A DNA stretch of 64,000 bases from Pseudomonadota bacterium (lineage in GTDB: Bacteria; Bdellovibrionota_C; UBA2361; OMII01). The stretch covers positions 37,573 through 101,572 of the forward strand of contig JAYPVM010000004.1 in assembly GCA_038134595.1 (NCBI GenBank). Reading direction: 5' to 3'. Position 1 is the first letter of the stretch; each line of letters starts with the position of its first letter. This document shows positions 38,042 through 47,689 of this stretch, one piece after another. The position numbers were made by a program, and so were the translations under genes. The notes beneath the pieces were generated by a model, which was not told the DNA's origin, made no database searches, and saw only the letters and a program-made list of their open reading frames with translations.

Positions 38042-39078
38042 TGGTGTCCTTGTGTGTTTCGAGTTGATTCTTGAAGCGTTTGGATACAGTGGATGAGATG
38101 CGGGGTCTTTACAGGGAATGAAGTGCTTGCCAGCTCGGTTGCGAGCGTATGAATTGCTGGTTCGATACTGTTTGCGAAGTACTGTTTGCCAGCTCCGAGC
38201 CCTTGTTTGCCGTACACTCCGAGCACCTGAAGCATTCTGCACACGATAAATGCAGAATAATAGCGTAGGAAGTGCTCGGGATGGAGCGTTGTATACCGAT
38301 TTGCGGCTTTGCAGTAATGCTCTGCAAGAGCTTGTCTGGCTTCTTGGGGGAGCTTTGTGCTTGCTTGATACAGTAGAGACACAACGTCATATTGAAGAGC
38401 TCCTTGCCGACCGCTTTGAAAATCAATGAAAAATGGCTTGCCGTCTTTGACCATTATGTTTCGTGACTGGAAGTCTCGGTAGACAAAGAAGCTGGGATCA
38501 GCTTGGCCTAAAAAGTCGATGAGCAGAGCAAAATCCTTGGTGAGAGCGGTTGTGTCGTATTCCGGAAGTATGCGTGCAACAAGTTCGGTTGCAAATTGTG
38601 CGCAGTCGCCAGCGAATGTTCCTGGCAGGAGGTGTTGTTCAGGATAACATTTAGAAAAATCAAAGTGTTTGGCGCATTCGATCTGAAATTGCGGGAGTAT
38701 ATCGAGTACTCGCTGATACATTTCTTGTGCTGATTTTGGAAAGGCTTCGTCTGACTGTTTACGAGTATGTTGTAAGTAGTCAAAGAGCGTCTCATCCCCT
38801 AGGTCGTCTTCGATGTATAAGTTACGTTGTCGATTATACAGGTGAATGTCAGGTACCGGGAGTCCGTGCTGTTTGAAGAACTGCGCAAATGCGATAAAGC
38901 AGTCATTCTCCGAAGTGACTGGATTAATCACTCCGATAAAGGAGTCTGAAGCGGAGCACAAGCGATATATCCTTCGCTCGGAGGCGTGCGGCTTTAGGGG
39001 GGTTATAGATGTTGGAGGGGCTCCGGTAAGCTCTGCAAAGCTTTCTGTGAGGTCCTTTATGGAAGGATCGTCAATCAT
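38038..39078 (-). CDS. amgK: APH-like phosphotransferase, AmgK-like anomeric MurNAc/GlcNAc kinase
   Basis: ASERRIYRL, EDDLGD, YRDFQSRNIM, FIDFQ, YDVVSLL, RMLQVLGVYG. Confidence 0.72.
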   Translation of the reverse strand: MIDDPSIKDLTESFAELTGAPPTSITPLKPHASERRIYRLCSASDSFIGVINPVTSENDCFIAFAQFFKQHGLPVPDIHLYNRQRNLYIEDDLGDETLFDYLQHTRKQSDEAFPKSAQEMYQRVLDILPQFQIECAKHFDFSKCYPEQHLLPGTFAGDCAQFATELVARILPEYDTTALTKDFALLIDFLGQADPSFFVYRDFQSRNIMVKDGKPFFIDFQSGRQGALQYDVVSLLYQASTKLPQEARQALAEHYCKAANRYTTLHPEHFLRYYSAFIVCRMLQVLGVYGKQGLGAGKQYFANSIEPAIHTLATELASTSFPVKTPHLIHCIQTLQESTRNTQGHQ

Positions 39079-39494
39079 ACGAAAATTTATACAAATCTGC
39101 TGTTACTTGATAAGTAGCTACATTTTTCGGATGGTTTTTTGCGAAGCTATTTGCTCCTGCGAGATTAATGTATTCAAGGCTGTGTTCGTTTTATACCTTA
39201 AGATAACCACCTTACGTGACACTACTATGACATGAATTAGAGGGGGGAAAAAGCTAGCTAGCCGTTGGTATGCCACCGGTTCATGATAATTGCCGTACAC
39301 ACGAGATCGGAACGGGGCTTTAGGAGAGTGTAACTTATTGTAAATACACGGCAATTAGAATCTTTGCTGGGGCTCTTACGATTCGGGATGAAACACCCCT
39401 TAAATTCGAGACTTTACTCGATACTTTCTCATCATAATCAGGAAGCATTTAGACCGAAGAGATTCCCCCTCCTAGTTAAGTAGGTGACAGACTC

Positions 39495-40496
39495 ATGCAA
39501 AGAGAACTATCAAATCCAGAGAAAGCGGCCCTCACACTTTTAAGCCTCGGGAGAGAGACCGCCGCTCAAATCATGCAAAACTTGAGTGAAGAAGAGGTGA
39601 AGTCGATTTCCAGGGCGTTTCTCTCGGTTTCTGAGGTAGATAGAGAGACGCAACTGGGTACATCCAGAGATTTTCTGAAAATGCTTCGAGCGGTCGACAC
39701 AGTACTTGTCGATGGGCGGGAATTTGCGCGAGACGTGATCTCTTCGGCGTTTGGAGAGGATAAGGGGCAAGCGCTCTTAGAGTATGTTGCTGGAACGAGA
39801 AAGCAGCCTATTGGTTCGATTATCGGCGCGGTTCCTGAAAAGCTTTTGCTGGGTTTTATTTTAGCGGAGCATCCTCAAACAATTGCGTTCTTGATGACTG
39901 CGATGAATCCCGACCAAGCGGCAACGGTTCTTCGGCAGATGCAGCCCGAGTTGCAAACAGACGTGTTGGTTCGTATCTCTAACTTATCGAATGTTAAGAT
40001 TGATGTGGTTGACGAAGTGCGAGAGGTCCTCCAGACCCAGCTTTGTGGAGATGCTGGAGCAGGAGAGGAGATCGGGGGGCCGAAATCTGCGGCTGATATC
40101 TTAAACTTTGTTGATAGAAGTAGTGAAGAACGGATTATCACAGAAATTGAAGAGACGTTTCCTGATTTGGCTGAGACTATCCGAAATCTTATGTTTACAT
40201 TCGAAGATATCAAGAAGATCGACGACCGCGGTGTACAGACTGTACTTAAAGATGTTCCCCGTGAGAACTTGGTTCTTGCGCTTAAAACTGCATCAGATGA
40301 ATTAAAAGAAATCCTGTTTAGGAACGTATCGCAACGTGCCGCTGAGATGATTAAGGAAGATCTAGAAGGTCTTGGCCCTGTGAAACTAAAGGATGTAGAG
40401 AAGACTCAGCAGGGCATCGTCGATGTTGTCCGAAAGCTTGAGGCAGAGGGCAAAATCGTCATTGGTGGTGGTGCCGGTGGAGACCAATTGGTATAG
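39495..40496 (+). CDS. fliG: Flagellar motor switch protein FliG
   Basis: KAALTLLSLG, EHPQTIA, IGGPKSAADILN, MFTFEDI, LALK, SQRAAEM, LGPVKLKDVE. Confidence 0.93.
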   Translation: MQRELSNPEKAALTLLSLGRETAAQIMQNLSEEEVKSISRAFLSVSEVDRETQLGTSRDFLKMLRAVDTVLVDGREFARDVISSAFGEDKGQALLEYVAGTRKQPIGSIIGAVPEKLLLGFILAEHPQTIAFLMTAMNPDQAATVLRQMQPELQTDVLVRISNLSNVKIDVVDEVREVLQTQLCGDAGAGEEIGGPKSAADILNFVDRSSEERIITEIEETFPDLAETIRNLMFTFEDIKKIDDRGVQTVLKDVPRENLVLALKTASDELKEILFRNVSQRAAEMIKEDLEGLGPVKLKDVEKTQQGIVDVVRKLEAEGKIVIGGGAGGDQLV

Positions 40497-40597
40497 ATCC
40501 TTAATCTTTGTCGGAAGTCTCGGGTTTTTATCTTACAAATGCCCTCAGAGGATAGTTATCTCGACGGACGGCAGATATGCTGAGCTAGAAAATCACA

Positions 40598-40933
40598 TCA
40601 GTGATAGATGATCTTTTTTTCTGCGACTTCAGTAATATCGATATCTGGCTTTTCAGAGGTGAAATTTGTGTCGTACATTGGCGCTTGAAAGTTCTTTGCG
40701 AGGTTTCGCAGCTGCTTTCGAAGTCCTATGACTTTGTACGCCAGGTAGCACAGTACAGCGCCGATAGCGATTATGAAGGCTGCAGCTATGCCAAGGATGA
40801 GCTTAGGCGCAACCACTACAGCTATACCGAGCACAATTAATAAGAGTCCTGGAATGTAAGGAGCGCTCCGTTGACCCCGCTGGAATACAGCAGATTGTAG
40901 CACGGTAAAGTTGGGTGAGCTTTTTGAATTCAT
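40598..40933 (-). CDS. Hypothetical small membrane protein
   Basis: Two TM helices; start uncertain (40933-40969). Confidence 0.55.
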   Translation of the reverse strand: MNSKSSPNFTVLQSAVFQRGQRSAPYIPGLLLIVLGIAVVVAPKLILGIAAAFIIAIGAVLCYLAYKVIGLRKQLRNLAKNFQAPMYDTNFTSEKPDIDITEVAEKKIIYH

Positions 40934-41109
40934 GCGAAAAGTATATCTCATAGTAGACGTAATAACCATCGGCAGACTGGATTACAAGGCAAAAGAGTAA
41001 ACTTATTGGCTAAAATATTGAGCAACAAGGGGAGTTCAGGGTAGCATATGCTCTACAACGATGTGTTAGGCTTGCTTGGTAAGGCAGCTGTCTATTGTTT
41101 AGGAAGTTC

Positions 41110-42615
41110 ATGTTTAATTGTGGATACGAATATCGGTCTATCGAGCGGGTTGTTTCGGTATACAACTCTCTTGGTGGAAAGCGAGAGGCTTTAGACCCCA
41201 TTGATAAACGAGCGGAGTTGCCTCGGGTGTCGATGTATGTGTGTGGCTTAACCCCCCAAGACAGAGCGCACTTAGGTCACGCCCTAATGGCGATGCGTTT
41301 TGATATCGTTCGTCGTTATCTCGGCTATAGGCGGCTTGATGTGCAGTTTGTGCAGAATGTGACCGATATCGATGATAAGATTATTGCCAAGGTCCTGTCT
41401 CAGGGGGTTGATCCGATGGAGATGACCCGCAACTATACCGAGGAGTTTTATCAGTGTGTTTCGAAACTCCATGTCTTGCCCGTTGATACGTTGACACGGG
41501 TTTCAGATTTTATTCCAGAGATTATATCGTTTATTGAAGAGCTTATACGGAAAGATTTTGCGTATGCAACGCCTGAGGGCAATGTTTATTTCCGGGTTTC
41601 AAAGAAGAACGATTACGGAAAACTGTCGAATCAAAATGTTTCCAAGCTGCACGAAAGTGTCAGAAAAGAGATCGAAAAAGATAAGGAATCTGGGCTCGAT
41701 TTTGCTCTTTGGAAGAGCGATCAGAGTACAGACTTGTCCAGTGATTCACCGTGGGGTGTTGGGCGACCCGGCTGGCACATCGAGTGCTCAGTCATGGCGT
41801 ATGAGACGTTAGGAGCTCAGATTGATATTCACGGTGGCGCGTTAGATCTAAAATTTCCACACCATGAAAATGAGATAGCGCAATCTGAGGCTCATTCGGG
41901 TGCAAGATTTGCTTCTGTTTGGATGCACTGTGGATTGCTAAACATCGAAGGACAAAAGATGTCTAAAAGCCTTAATAACTTTGTGACGGTTGTTGATGGT
42001 CTTGAAAGATACGGCGTAACACCGATTCGATATGCTGTGGCAAGGCACCATTATCGCTCAAACCTCGATCTGACCAATAAGCTAATTCGAGAATCTCTTA
42101 ACGCCTTGTTAGACTTTCACAAATTATTCGAGGCTGTTGCAACTGATGATGTCGTTGCGAAGAGCGTAGGAGAACTTGGTGATAAAGCGCAGGCGATAGC
42201 CCGCAAGTTCGAGGTGGCGATGGATAGTGATTTTAACTCTCCAGAGGCGATAGTGGTATTGGATCAGGCTCGTTCGGAGGTTTCGGCGGCTCTCGCTAAG
42301 GGCGTATGTGCCGAAGACCCCGAACTTCAAGAGGTCGTGTTCGTCATCAAGTCCTTAGGTGCCATTTTGGGTCTGTTCTTTGATTCTCTTGAAACGGTTC
42401 AGCGAGAGGGGTTGTGCGCGATGGCTTCGATGCTTGGTAGCGAAGTGCTCGCACCACCTGATGTCGAAGCTCTGTTGAACGAGCGCAGACAGGCCCGAGC
42501 AGATAAAGACTTTGCACGATCAGATGCGATCAGGGATGAGCTCAAAGCAAAAGGGATTGAAGTCCTTGATTCAAAAGATGGAAGTGCATGGCGTTTTGTT
42601 AGTAGTTCTGCTTGA
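41110..42615 (+). CDS. cysS: Cysteinyl-tRNA synthetase
   Basis: YVCG...HLGH, NVTDIDDKII, DFALWK, GRPGWHIECS, FPHHENE, KMSKS, C-terminal anticodon-binding domain SDAIRDEL. Confidence 0.95.
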   Translation: MFNCGYEYRSIERVVSVYNSLGGKREALDPIDKRAELPRVSMYVCGLTPQDRAHLGHALMAMRFDIVRRYLGYRRLDVQFVQNVTDIDDKIIAKVLSQGVDPMEMTRNYTEEFYQCVSKLHVLPVDTLTRVSDFIPEIISFIEELIRKDFAYATPEGNVYFRVSKKNDYGKLSNQNVSKLHESVRKEIEKDKESGLDFALWKSDQSTDLSSDSPWGVGRPGWHIECSVMAYETLGAQIDIHGGALDLKFPHHENEIAQSEAHSGARFASVWMHCGLLNIEGQKMSKSLNNFVTVVDGLERYGVTPIRYAVARHHYRSNLDLTNKLIRESLNALLDFHKLFEAVATDDVVAKSVGELGDKAQAIARKFEVAMDSDFNSPEAIVVLDQARSEVSAALAKGVCAEDPELQEVVFVIKSLGAILGLFFDSLETVQREGLCAMASMLGSEVLAPPDVEALLNERRQARADKDFARSDAIRDELKAKGIEVLDSKDGSAWRFVSSSA

Positions 42616-42640
42616 CGATCGAGGGGTGTTCTGCCATTCT
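42612..42640 (+). promoter_or_regulatory. Putative sigma70 promoter for the leu leader
   Basis: TTGACG-17nt-CATTCT ending 7 nt before the leader ATG. Confidence 0.5.
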
Positions 42641-42647
42641 CTTTGAC

Positions 42648-42725
42648 ATGAATGCAAGTTGTAACAACCTCCTTACACTCGAGCTCCTTATACCGCTCTG
42701 TCGGGGTTGTTTGGCTTTGCGCTAG
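42648..42725 (+). CDS. Leu-rich leader peptide MNASCNNLLTLELLIPLCRGCLALR
   Basis: 8 of 25 codons are Leu; lies upstream of leuA with overlapping antiterminator/terminator pairings. Confidence 0.75.
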   Translation: MNASCNNLLTLELLIPLCRGCLALR

Positions 42726-42770
42726 TTAAAAGAGGAAGCCAGCGACCCGGATAGGGCGGTAGGCTTTCTC
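42700..42770 (+). promoter_or_regulatory. Leucine transcriptional attenuator
   Basis: Terminator-like stem gaggaagcc/ggctttctc (42732-42770); alternative pairing of leader taccgctctgtcggggttg with cgacccggatagggcggta. Confidence 0.65.
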
Positions 42771-42933
42771 GAAATCTTGAAGACTTCCAAGAAAATCTCC
42801 ACCTCCCAATATCCGGTGCCTTGTTAGAGCAGTTACAGTTGGTGCTGTCTTTACAGTCGACTCTGTATTTGCCGCGGCTTTCAAGTGGATAGTGACGTGT
42901 CTTTAGTATTAAGGCATTAAAAAGGGGGGGGAT

Positions 42934-44622
42934 ATGACATCACCGCAGCCAGAGGACAATAGAGCAAAGGGAATGGACCCAGTGAAGTATCGACCGTATA
43001 TGGAGAGATTCCCACTTCCTGACGGATTCAGACCAACGTGGATGGAGCAGCAGGTTCTTCAGGCTCCTGCAATGGCTTCGGTGTGTCTTAGAGATGGGAA
43101 TCAAGCGCTTAATCCTCCGATGACCCTGGCTAAGAAAATGCGGTACTACCAGATGTTACTCGACATCGGATTTAAGGAGATCGAGATTGGATACCCTGTT
43201 TCGGGCGCGCCGGATTTAAGGTTTACGAGAACTCTGATTGACGAACATCGGATACCCGAGGGTGTGAGGCCACAGGTGCTTGTGTTGGCCCATGAAAAAA
43301 TGATTAAGGACACAATTGATGCGCTGCGTGGTGCTCCTGAAACTATCGTGCATGTGTACAACTCAACTTCGAAGGTTCATCGTGAAACAGTTCTTAAGGT
43401 AACCACAGATGAGGTACTTCAAAAAGCTGTGCGTGCAACGGCTGATGTAAGGCGATATGCCCTGGAGTATGACGTTCCGGTGCAGTATCAATATTCACCC
43501 GAGAGCTTTACAGGGACGGAGCTTGATTTTGCACTCGATGTTTGTAATGCCGTGATTCGGGAGTGGGAACCAACCCCTGATAACAAAATGATACTGAACC
43601 TTCCTGCAACTCTGGAAATGTGCGAGCCGGATTTGTATGCCGCCCGAGTCGAGTACGTATGTAGAAATCTTTACAGTAGAGAGAATGTTATCGTCAGTGT
43701 TCACACCCATAACGATCGAGGATCTGCCGAGGTGGCGGCACGCTTTGCGATACGAGGAGGTGCGGACCGAGTGGAAGGCTCTTTGTTTGGATTAGGTGAG
43801 CGCTCTGGAAATATGGACCTTTCTATATTTGCGCTTAACTTACTGACTCAAGGGGTTGATCCGATGCATGACTTTGGCAACATGCCTGCGATTAAGGATG
43901 TTTGGGAGGAGTGCACGGGATTACGCGTGCCGTCGCAACATCCGTATGCAGGTGCCAATGCCTTCATGCAGCGCTCTGGAACGCATCAAAGTGCACATAC
44001 CGCATACGAAGCTCGCTCCAATCGAGAGTTCTTTGAACATCCATACATGGGAATTGATCCGGTCGATATCGGAAGAGATGTTGAGCGTGTAGTCGAAGTG
44101 ACAAGTCAATCTGGAAAGAAGGGCTATGCAAAGGTGTTGCGTGATGAGTGTCTGATGCCGATACCTGAACGAATGGAGGCTGAGGTTTACAACGAACTTC
44201 AGCCGCGGTGTGAAGCTGTTGAGGGAGTCTTCACGGCTGAGCAGTTGCAGAGGTCCTTCCATGATGTTTTTGTCGCTCCTCCTGAACCTTATATACGGTT
44301 AAAGAGTGTTGAGACCGAAACGAAGGATGGACAGACTTTTGTGCGATTAGAAGCCGTTGTCGGCGAACAAGCGTGTATATTGGAAGGAAATGGAAACGGT
44401 CCTATCGCAGCCACAACTGATGCGTTACGGCGCCACGGCTACGAAATAGAGGTGTCTTCATTGACTGAGGATGCGCTTTCACCGGGTGCTCAAGCAGATG
44501 CAATAGCGTTTGTGTCGGTGGTGTTTCAGGATAGACACCGATTCGGTGTCGGGATTGATGCCAGTATTGAACTTGCAGGGATTCGAGCGCTACTTACAGC
44601 GGTGAATCGCTCTTTGAAATAG
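42934..44622 (+). CDS. leuA: 2-isopropylmalate synthase (yeast/Mycobacterium-type LeuA)
   Basis: LRDGNQAL, EIEIGYP, YSPESF, NLPATLE, HTHNDRG, GERSGN, SGTHQ, C-terminal regulatory domain GNGPI. Confidence 0.93.
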   Translation: MTSPQPEDNRAKGMDPVKYRPYMERFPLPDGFRPTWMEQQVLQAPAMASVCLRDGNQALNPPMTLAKKMRYYQMLLDIGFKEIEIGYPVSGAPDLRFTRTLIDEHRIPEGVRPQVLVLAHEKMIKDTIDALRGAPETIVHVYNSTSKVHRETVLKVTTDEVLQKAVRATADVRRYALEYDVPVQYQYSPESFTGTELDFALDVCNAVIREWEPTPDNKMILNLPATLEMCEPDLYAARVEYVCRNLYSRENVIVSVHTHNDRGSAEVAARFAIRGGADRVEGSLFGLGERSGNMDLSIFALNLLTQGVDPMHDFGNMPAIKDVWEECTGLRVPSQHPYAGANAFMQRSGTHQSAHTAYEARSNREFFEHPYMGIDPVDIGRDVERVVEVTSQSGKKGYAKVLRDECLMPIPERMEAEVYNELQPRCEAVEGVFTAEQLQRSFHDVFVAPPEPYIRLKSVETETKDGQTFVRLEAVVGEQACILEGNGNGPIAATTDALRRHGYEIEVSSLTEDALSPGAQADAIAFVSVVFQDRHRFGVGIDASIELAGIRALLTAVNRSLK

Positions 44623-44625
44623 AAG

Positions 44626-45261
44626 TCACCAGACAAGGTCTCTTGTCGCAAAATCAGGTTGAGAGATGTTTTCGTGGACAAACTTCTCGGTTCGCTCGCA
44701 AAAACTTCGGATGATGACTCCATCAGGCTTTAGAATCCTCTGTAAGTGCTCGGAGATGTTTTCTCGAAGAGCATCCCAGCCCAAGGGGCCGGTATGAATT
44801 CGCTGTAAACTGATTCTGTTTGGAAAGCCACTTAGATAATAGGCGTCGAAAGAATTGTCATCAAACCGAGCAAGTGAATCCGGTTCGACGAGGTTCAGGA
44901 CGCAAGCCTCAAATTGCTCGTTTCTTTGCTTGAATAGATCTATTCCGTAAGGTACAGCACCTAGGAGAACGAGCAATCGAGACATCCAAGGGTCCCATCT
45001 ATGGTCTGTGTTATCGGGCACGCTACGACAACCACATGCGACATCGAGGATTTCTTTTCCTTGTAGTTGATTGAAATCTGGAAAGCTAGTTCGGAGGTAG
45101 TCGATGTGCCGAAATATGGATTTGGAAATCTCTTCTGGAAGCTCGTTGTCGACGATGAGACCGGGGTAGTAGGTATTTACTAGTTGGTGAGCTAGGATAA
45201 AGTCCTGTGAGTGGCGCTGTTTGGTTGTGTTAGTTGCTGGGCTGGTTTGATGTGAAGTCAT
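44626..45261 (-). CDS. Hypothetical protein with class I SAM-methyltransferase-like motifs
   Basis: ILDVACG, YGIDL, DNSFD, RILKPDG. Confidence 0.65.
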   Translation of the reverse strand: MTSHQTSPATNTTKQRHSQDFILAHQLVNTYYPGLIVDNELPEEISKSIFRHIDYLRTSFPDFNQLQGKEILDVACGCRSVPDNTDHRWDPWMSRLLVLLGAVPYGIDLFKQRNEQFEACVLNLVEPDSLARFDDNSFDAYYLSGFPNRISLQRIHTGPLGWDALRENISEHLQRILKPDGVIIRSFCERTEKFVHENISQPDFATRDLVW

Positions 45262-45458
45262 GTTAGTAACGCCTCTAAATGTGAGAGCTGCGTATTATAA
45301 GGCCACGGAAAATACTACTCAAATCAAAGATGCTAAATGGCGACCAATTTATAGTAATTATGGGTTGTTAGCGTATTCTGGACTGTAAGGGATTGGGGGT
45401 GTACGATGACACTAAACTGGTTGATTGAACGCCAAGATATGGGGTGAGTTTAATTGGT

Positions 45459-46625
45459 ATGGCTCAGCGTGAAAAAAGTGAAAAGTTGCGAATAGCACTC
45501 ATGGGTACCCGAGGCATACCTGCCCGATACGGTGGCTTTGAGACCTTTGCCGAGCAGATTTCAGCTCGTTTGGTTGAGCGAGGGCACGAGGTCATAGTGT
45601 ATGAACGATGTCGTCTCGGGGATAGGTGGGGGAAGCGAGCCCCGTTAAACGGGGTAGAACGGAGGGCTACACCGACGATATACCACAAGTATTTAGAAAC
45701 GCCCCTGAATGCGCTTACTTCATTTATCGACGTTTTGTTTCAGAGAGTGGATGCTATTTTAGTGTGTAATGCCGCAAATAGTCCGTTTGCCCCGATTGTA
45801 AAGGTTAAGGGAGTCCCTCTGTTAATCAACGTAGATGGCATTGAACGAAATAGGGCAAAGTGGAATGCACTGGGAAAGGCTTGGTATCGGCTTGGGGAAT
45901 GGTGCTCGGTAAAATTGGCCACACGTATCGTTTCTGATGCAAAGGTTATCGGGCAATACTACCAAGAAACGTATGGTATCGACTCGACTGTAATTCCGTA
46001 TGGTGTGCACCCGATACGGAGAGAGCCTGGCGCGGCACTAAAGCAGTTTGGTTTATCTGCGAAGGGATACCTTCTCTATGTGAGCAGGCTAGAGCCAGAA
46101 AACAATGCTCTTGGCGTGATTGAGGCCTACAATGCGCTGGATACTTCGATGCCACTAGTCATTGTGGGGGATGCTCCGTATGCTAGTGAGTATAAACAGC
46201 GACTTAGAGATGTTGCGTCTGATGGTGTGATTTTTACCGGGTTTCAGTTTGGGGAGGTTTATCAGGAGTTGCAGAGTAATTGTTGTGCGTACATTCAGGC
46301 AACGGAAGTTGGAGGAACTCATCCGGCTTTGATTGAGTCTATGTCGTACAGGAATTGCGTGTTAGCAAATGGCACACCTGAAAATCTAGAGGTGGTAGGA
46401 GATGCAGGCTTGTGTTTTCATAAAAACGACTTTGATCATTTACGCCACTTACTCCAAGGTGTGTTGGACAATCCAAAACAGGCTGAGACGCTTGGCGAGA
46501 AGGCGTTTGAGCGAGTTATGCAAGAGTACTCATGGGAAACGGTGGTCTCTATGTATGAACAGCTTTTCTCTGATCTGACGGGGCGATCTTTTATGTCTAC
46601 TATTTCATCGTGTGTGAACGAATAA
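45459..46625 (+). CDS. GT4 glycosyltransferase with DUF1972 N-terminus
   Basis: GTRGIPARYGGFETFAE, NVDGIE..RAKW, SRLEPENN, EVGGTHPALIE. Confidence 0.9.
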   Translation: MAQREKSEKLRIALMGTRGIPARYGGFETFAEQISARLVERGHEVIVYERCRLGDRWGKRAPLNGVERRATPTIYHKYLETPLNALTSFIDVLFQRVDAILVCNAANSPFAPIVKVKGVPLLINVDGIERNRAKWNALGKAWYRLGEWCSVKLATRIVSDAKVIGQYYQETYGIDSTVIPYGVHPIRREPGAALKQFGLSAKGYLLYVSRLEPENNALGVIEAYNALDTSMPLVIVGDAPYASEYKQRLRDVASDGVIFTGFQFGEVYQELQSNCCAYIQATEVGGTHPALIESMSYRNCVLANGTPENLEVVGDAGLCFHKNDFDHLRHLLQGVLDNPKQAETLGEKAFERVMQEYSWETVVSMYEQLFSDLTGRSFMSTISSCVNE

Positions 46626-47032
46626 TGGACTCGAATGCAGTTGTACTCTTCGACGGAACGTGTGCTATGTGCTCCCGTCTTGTTCGATTTATCTTAGACC
46701 ATGAGTCTTCGGATGCCCTTCTCTTTGTTCCAAATGCCTCTGAGTATGGACGGTCGATTTGTGAGCACTACAGTTTGGGTGACGCCCCAAGAGCCACCAT
46801 TGTGTTGATTAAGGAAGGGGCTGTACTCACTCGAAGTGAAGCAGTGTTGGCGCTTGCCTCGTTTCTAAGGCCTCCGTATTCATGGGCGCGTTACCTTCGT
46901 ATGATACCAAGACCGATTCGAGATGTCGGATACAACATTATTGCAAGGTATCGGCATGTTGTGTTCGGACGAGCCACAGCGAGCTGCCTTATTTTGTCTC
47001 CTGCAGAAAAGCAGCGTGTTAGAGAGATTTGA
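46625..47032 (+). CDS. DCC1-like (DUF393) thiol-disulfide oxidoreductase
   Basis: FDGTCAMC, RSEA, PRPIRD..Y..IARYR..VFG. Confidence 0.88.
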   Translation: MDSNAVVLFDGTCAMCSRLVRFILDHESSDALLFVPNASEYGRSICEHYSLGDAPRATIVLIKEGAVLTRSEAVLALASFLRPPYSWARYLRMIPRPIRDVGYNIIARYRHVVFGRATASCLILSPAEKQRVREI

Positions 47033-47043
47033 AGTAGGTCGAT

Positions 47044-47535
47044 ATGAATTCGCACAGTGTAATAATGGAATTGTTGCAAACTTCTCGTGTGGTTTTATTT
47101 CGCTATCTAGAAGATCTCTGTGATGCGGATCTCTATGTTCGACCAGTGGATAATTCGCACACTGCGGCATGGCAGTTGGGCCATATTCTTCTCTCGGAGC
47201 ATATGATGATGAAGAATATAGGGTGTAGTGATGGAATAAAATTCCCTTTGAACTTTGATCAGGCACACTCAAAACATTGTGAGTATGCATATCCTGAAAA
47301 TACGGGTTTTTTCAAGGAGGAGTACGTCGAGATGCTTCAGCGTCAACGAAGTATTTTATGTGCGTTTCTTGAAACCTTATCTGCGGAAGACTTGGATAAG
47401 CCAGGCCCGACAGAGATGCGAGCGTATGCTCCTTACGTCGGGTCGGTTTTTGTCGCAATTGGAAGTCATGAGATGCTGCACGCGGGGCAAATAGCTGTTA
47501 TAAGGCGTAGACTGGGCAAGGATGTTCGGATTTAG
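47044..47535 (+). CDS. DinB-family protein
   Basis: WQLGHI and HEMLHAGQI...RR.LG His triad. Confidence 0.85.
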   Translation: MNSHSVIMELLQTSRVVLFRYLEDLCDADLYVRPVDNSHTAAWQLGHILLSEHMMMKNIGCSDGIKFPLNFDQAHSKHCEYAYPENTGFFKEEYVEMLQRQRSILCAFLETLSAEDLDKPGPTEMRAYAPYVGSVFVAIGSHEMLHAGQIAVIRRRLGKDVRI

Positions 47536-47689
47536 CGTGTGTTCACAGGAATTGGGACTGGAAATGTTGTACGGATAAGGCCTTCTCTTTTACGTATCCA
47601 TCTATTGTGAATAAATAGCGAAACGACTTGGCGCCCTCTGCTACAGGCAGTATACTCTCGTGTAATGTTGACTAAACAAGGCTATTTTG

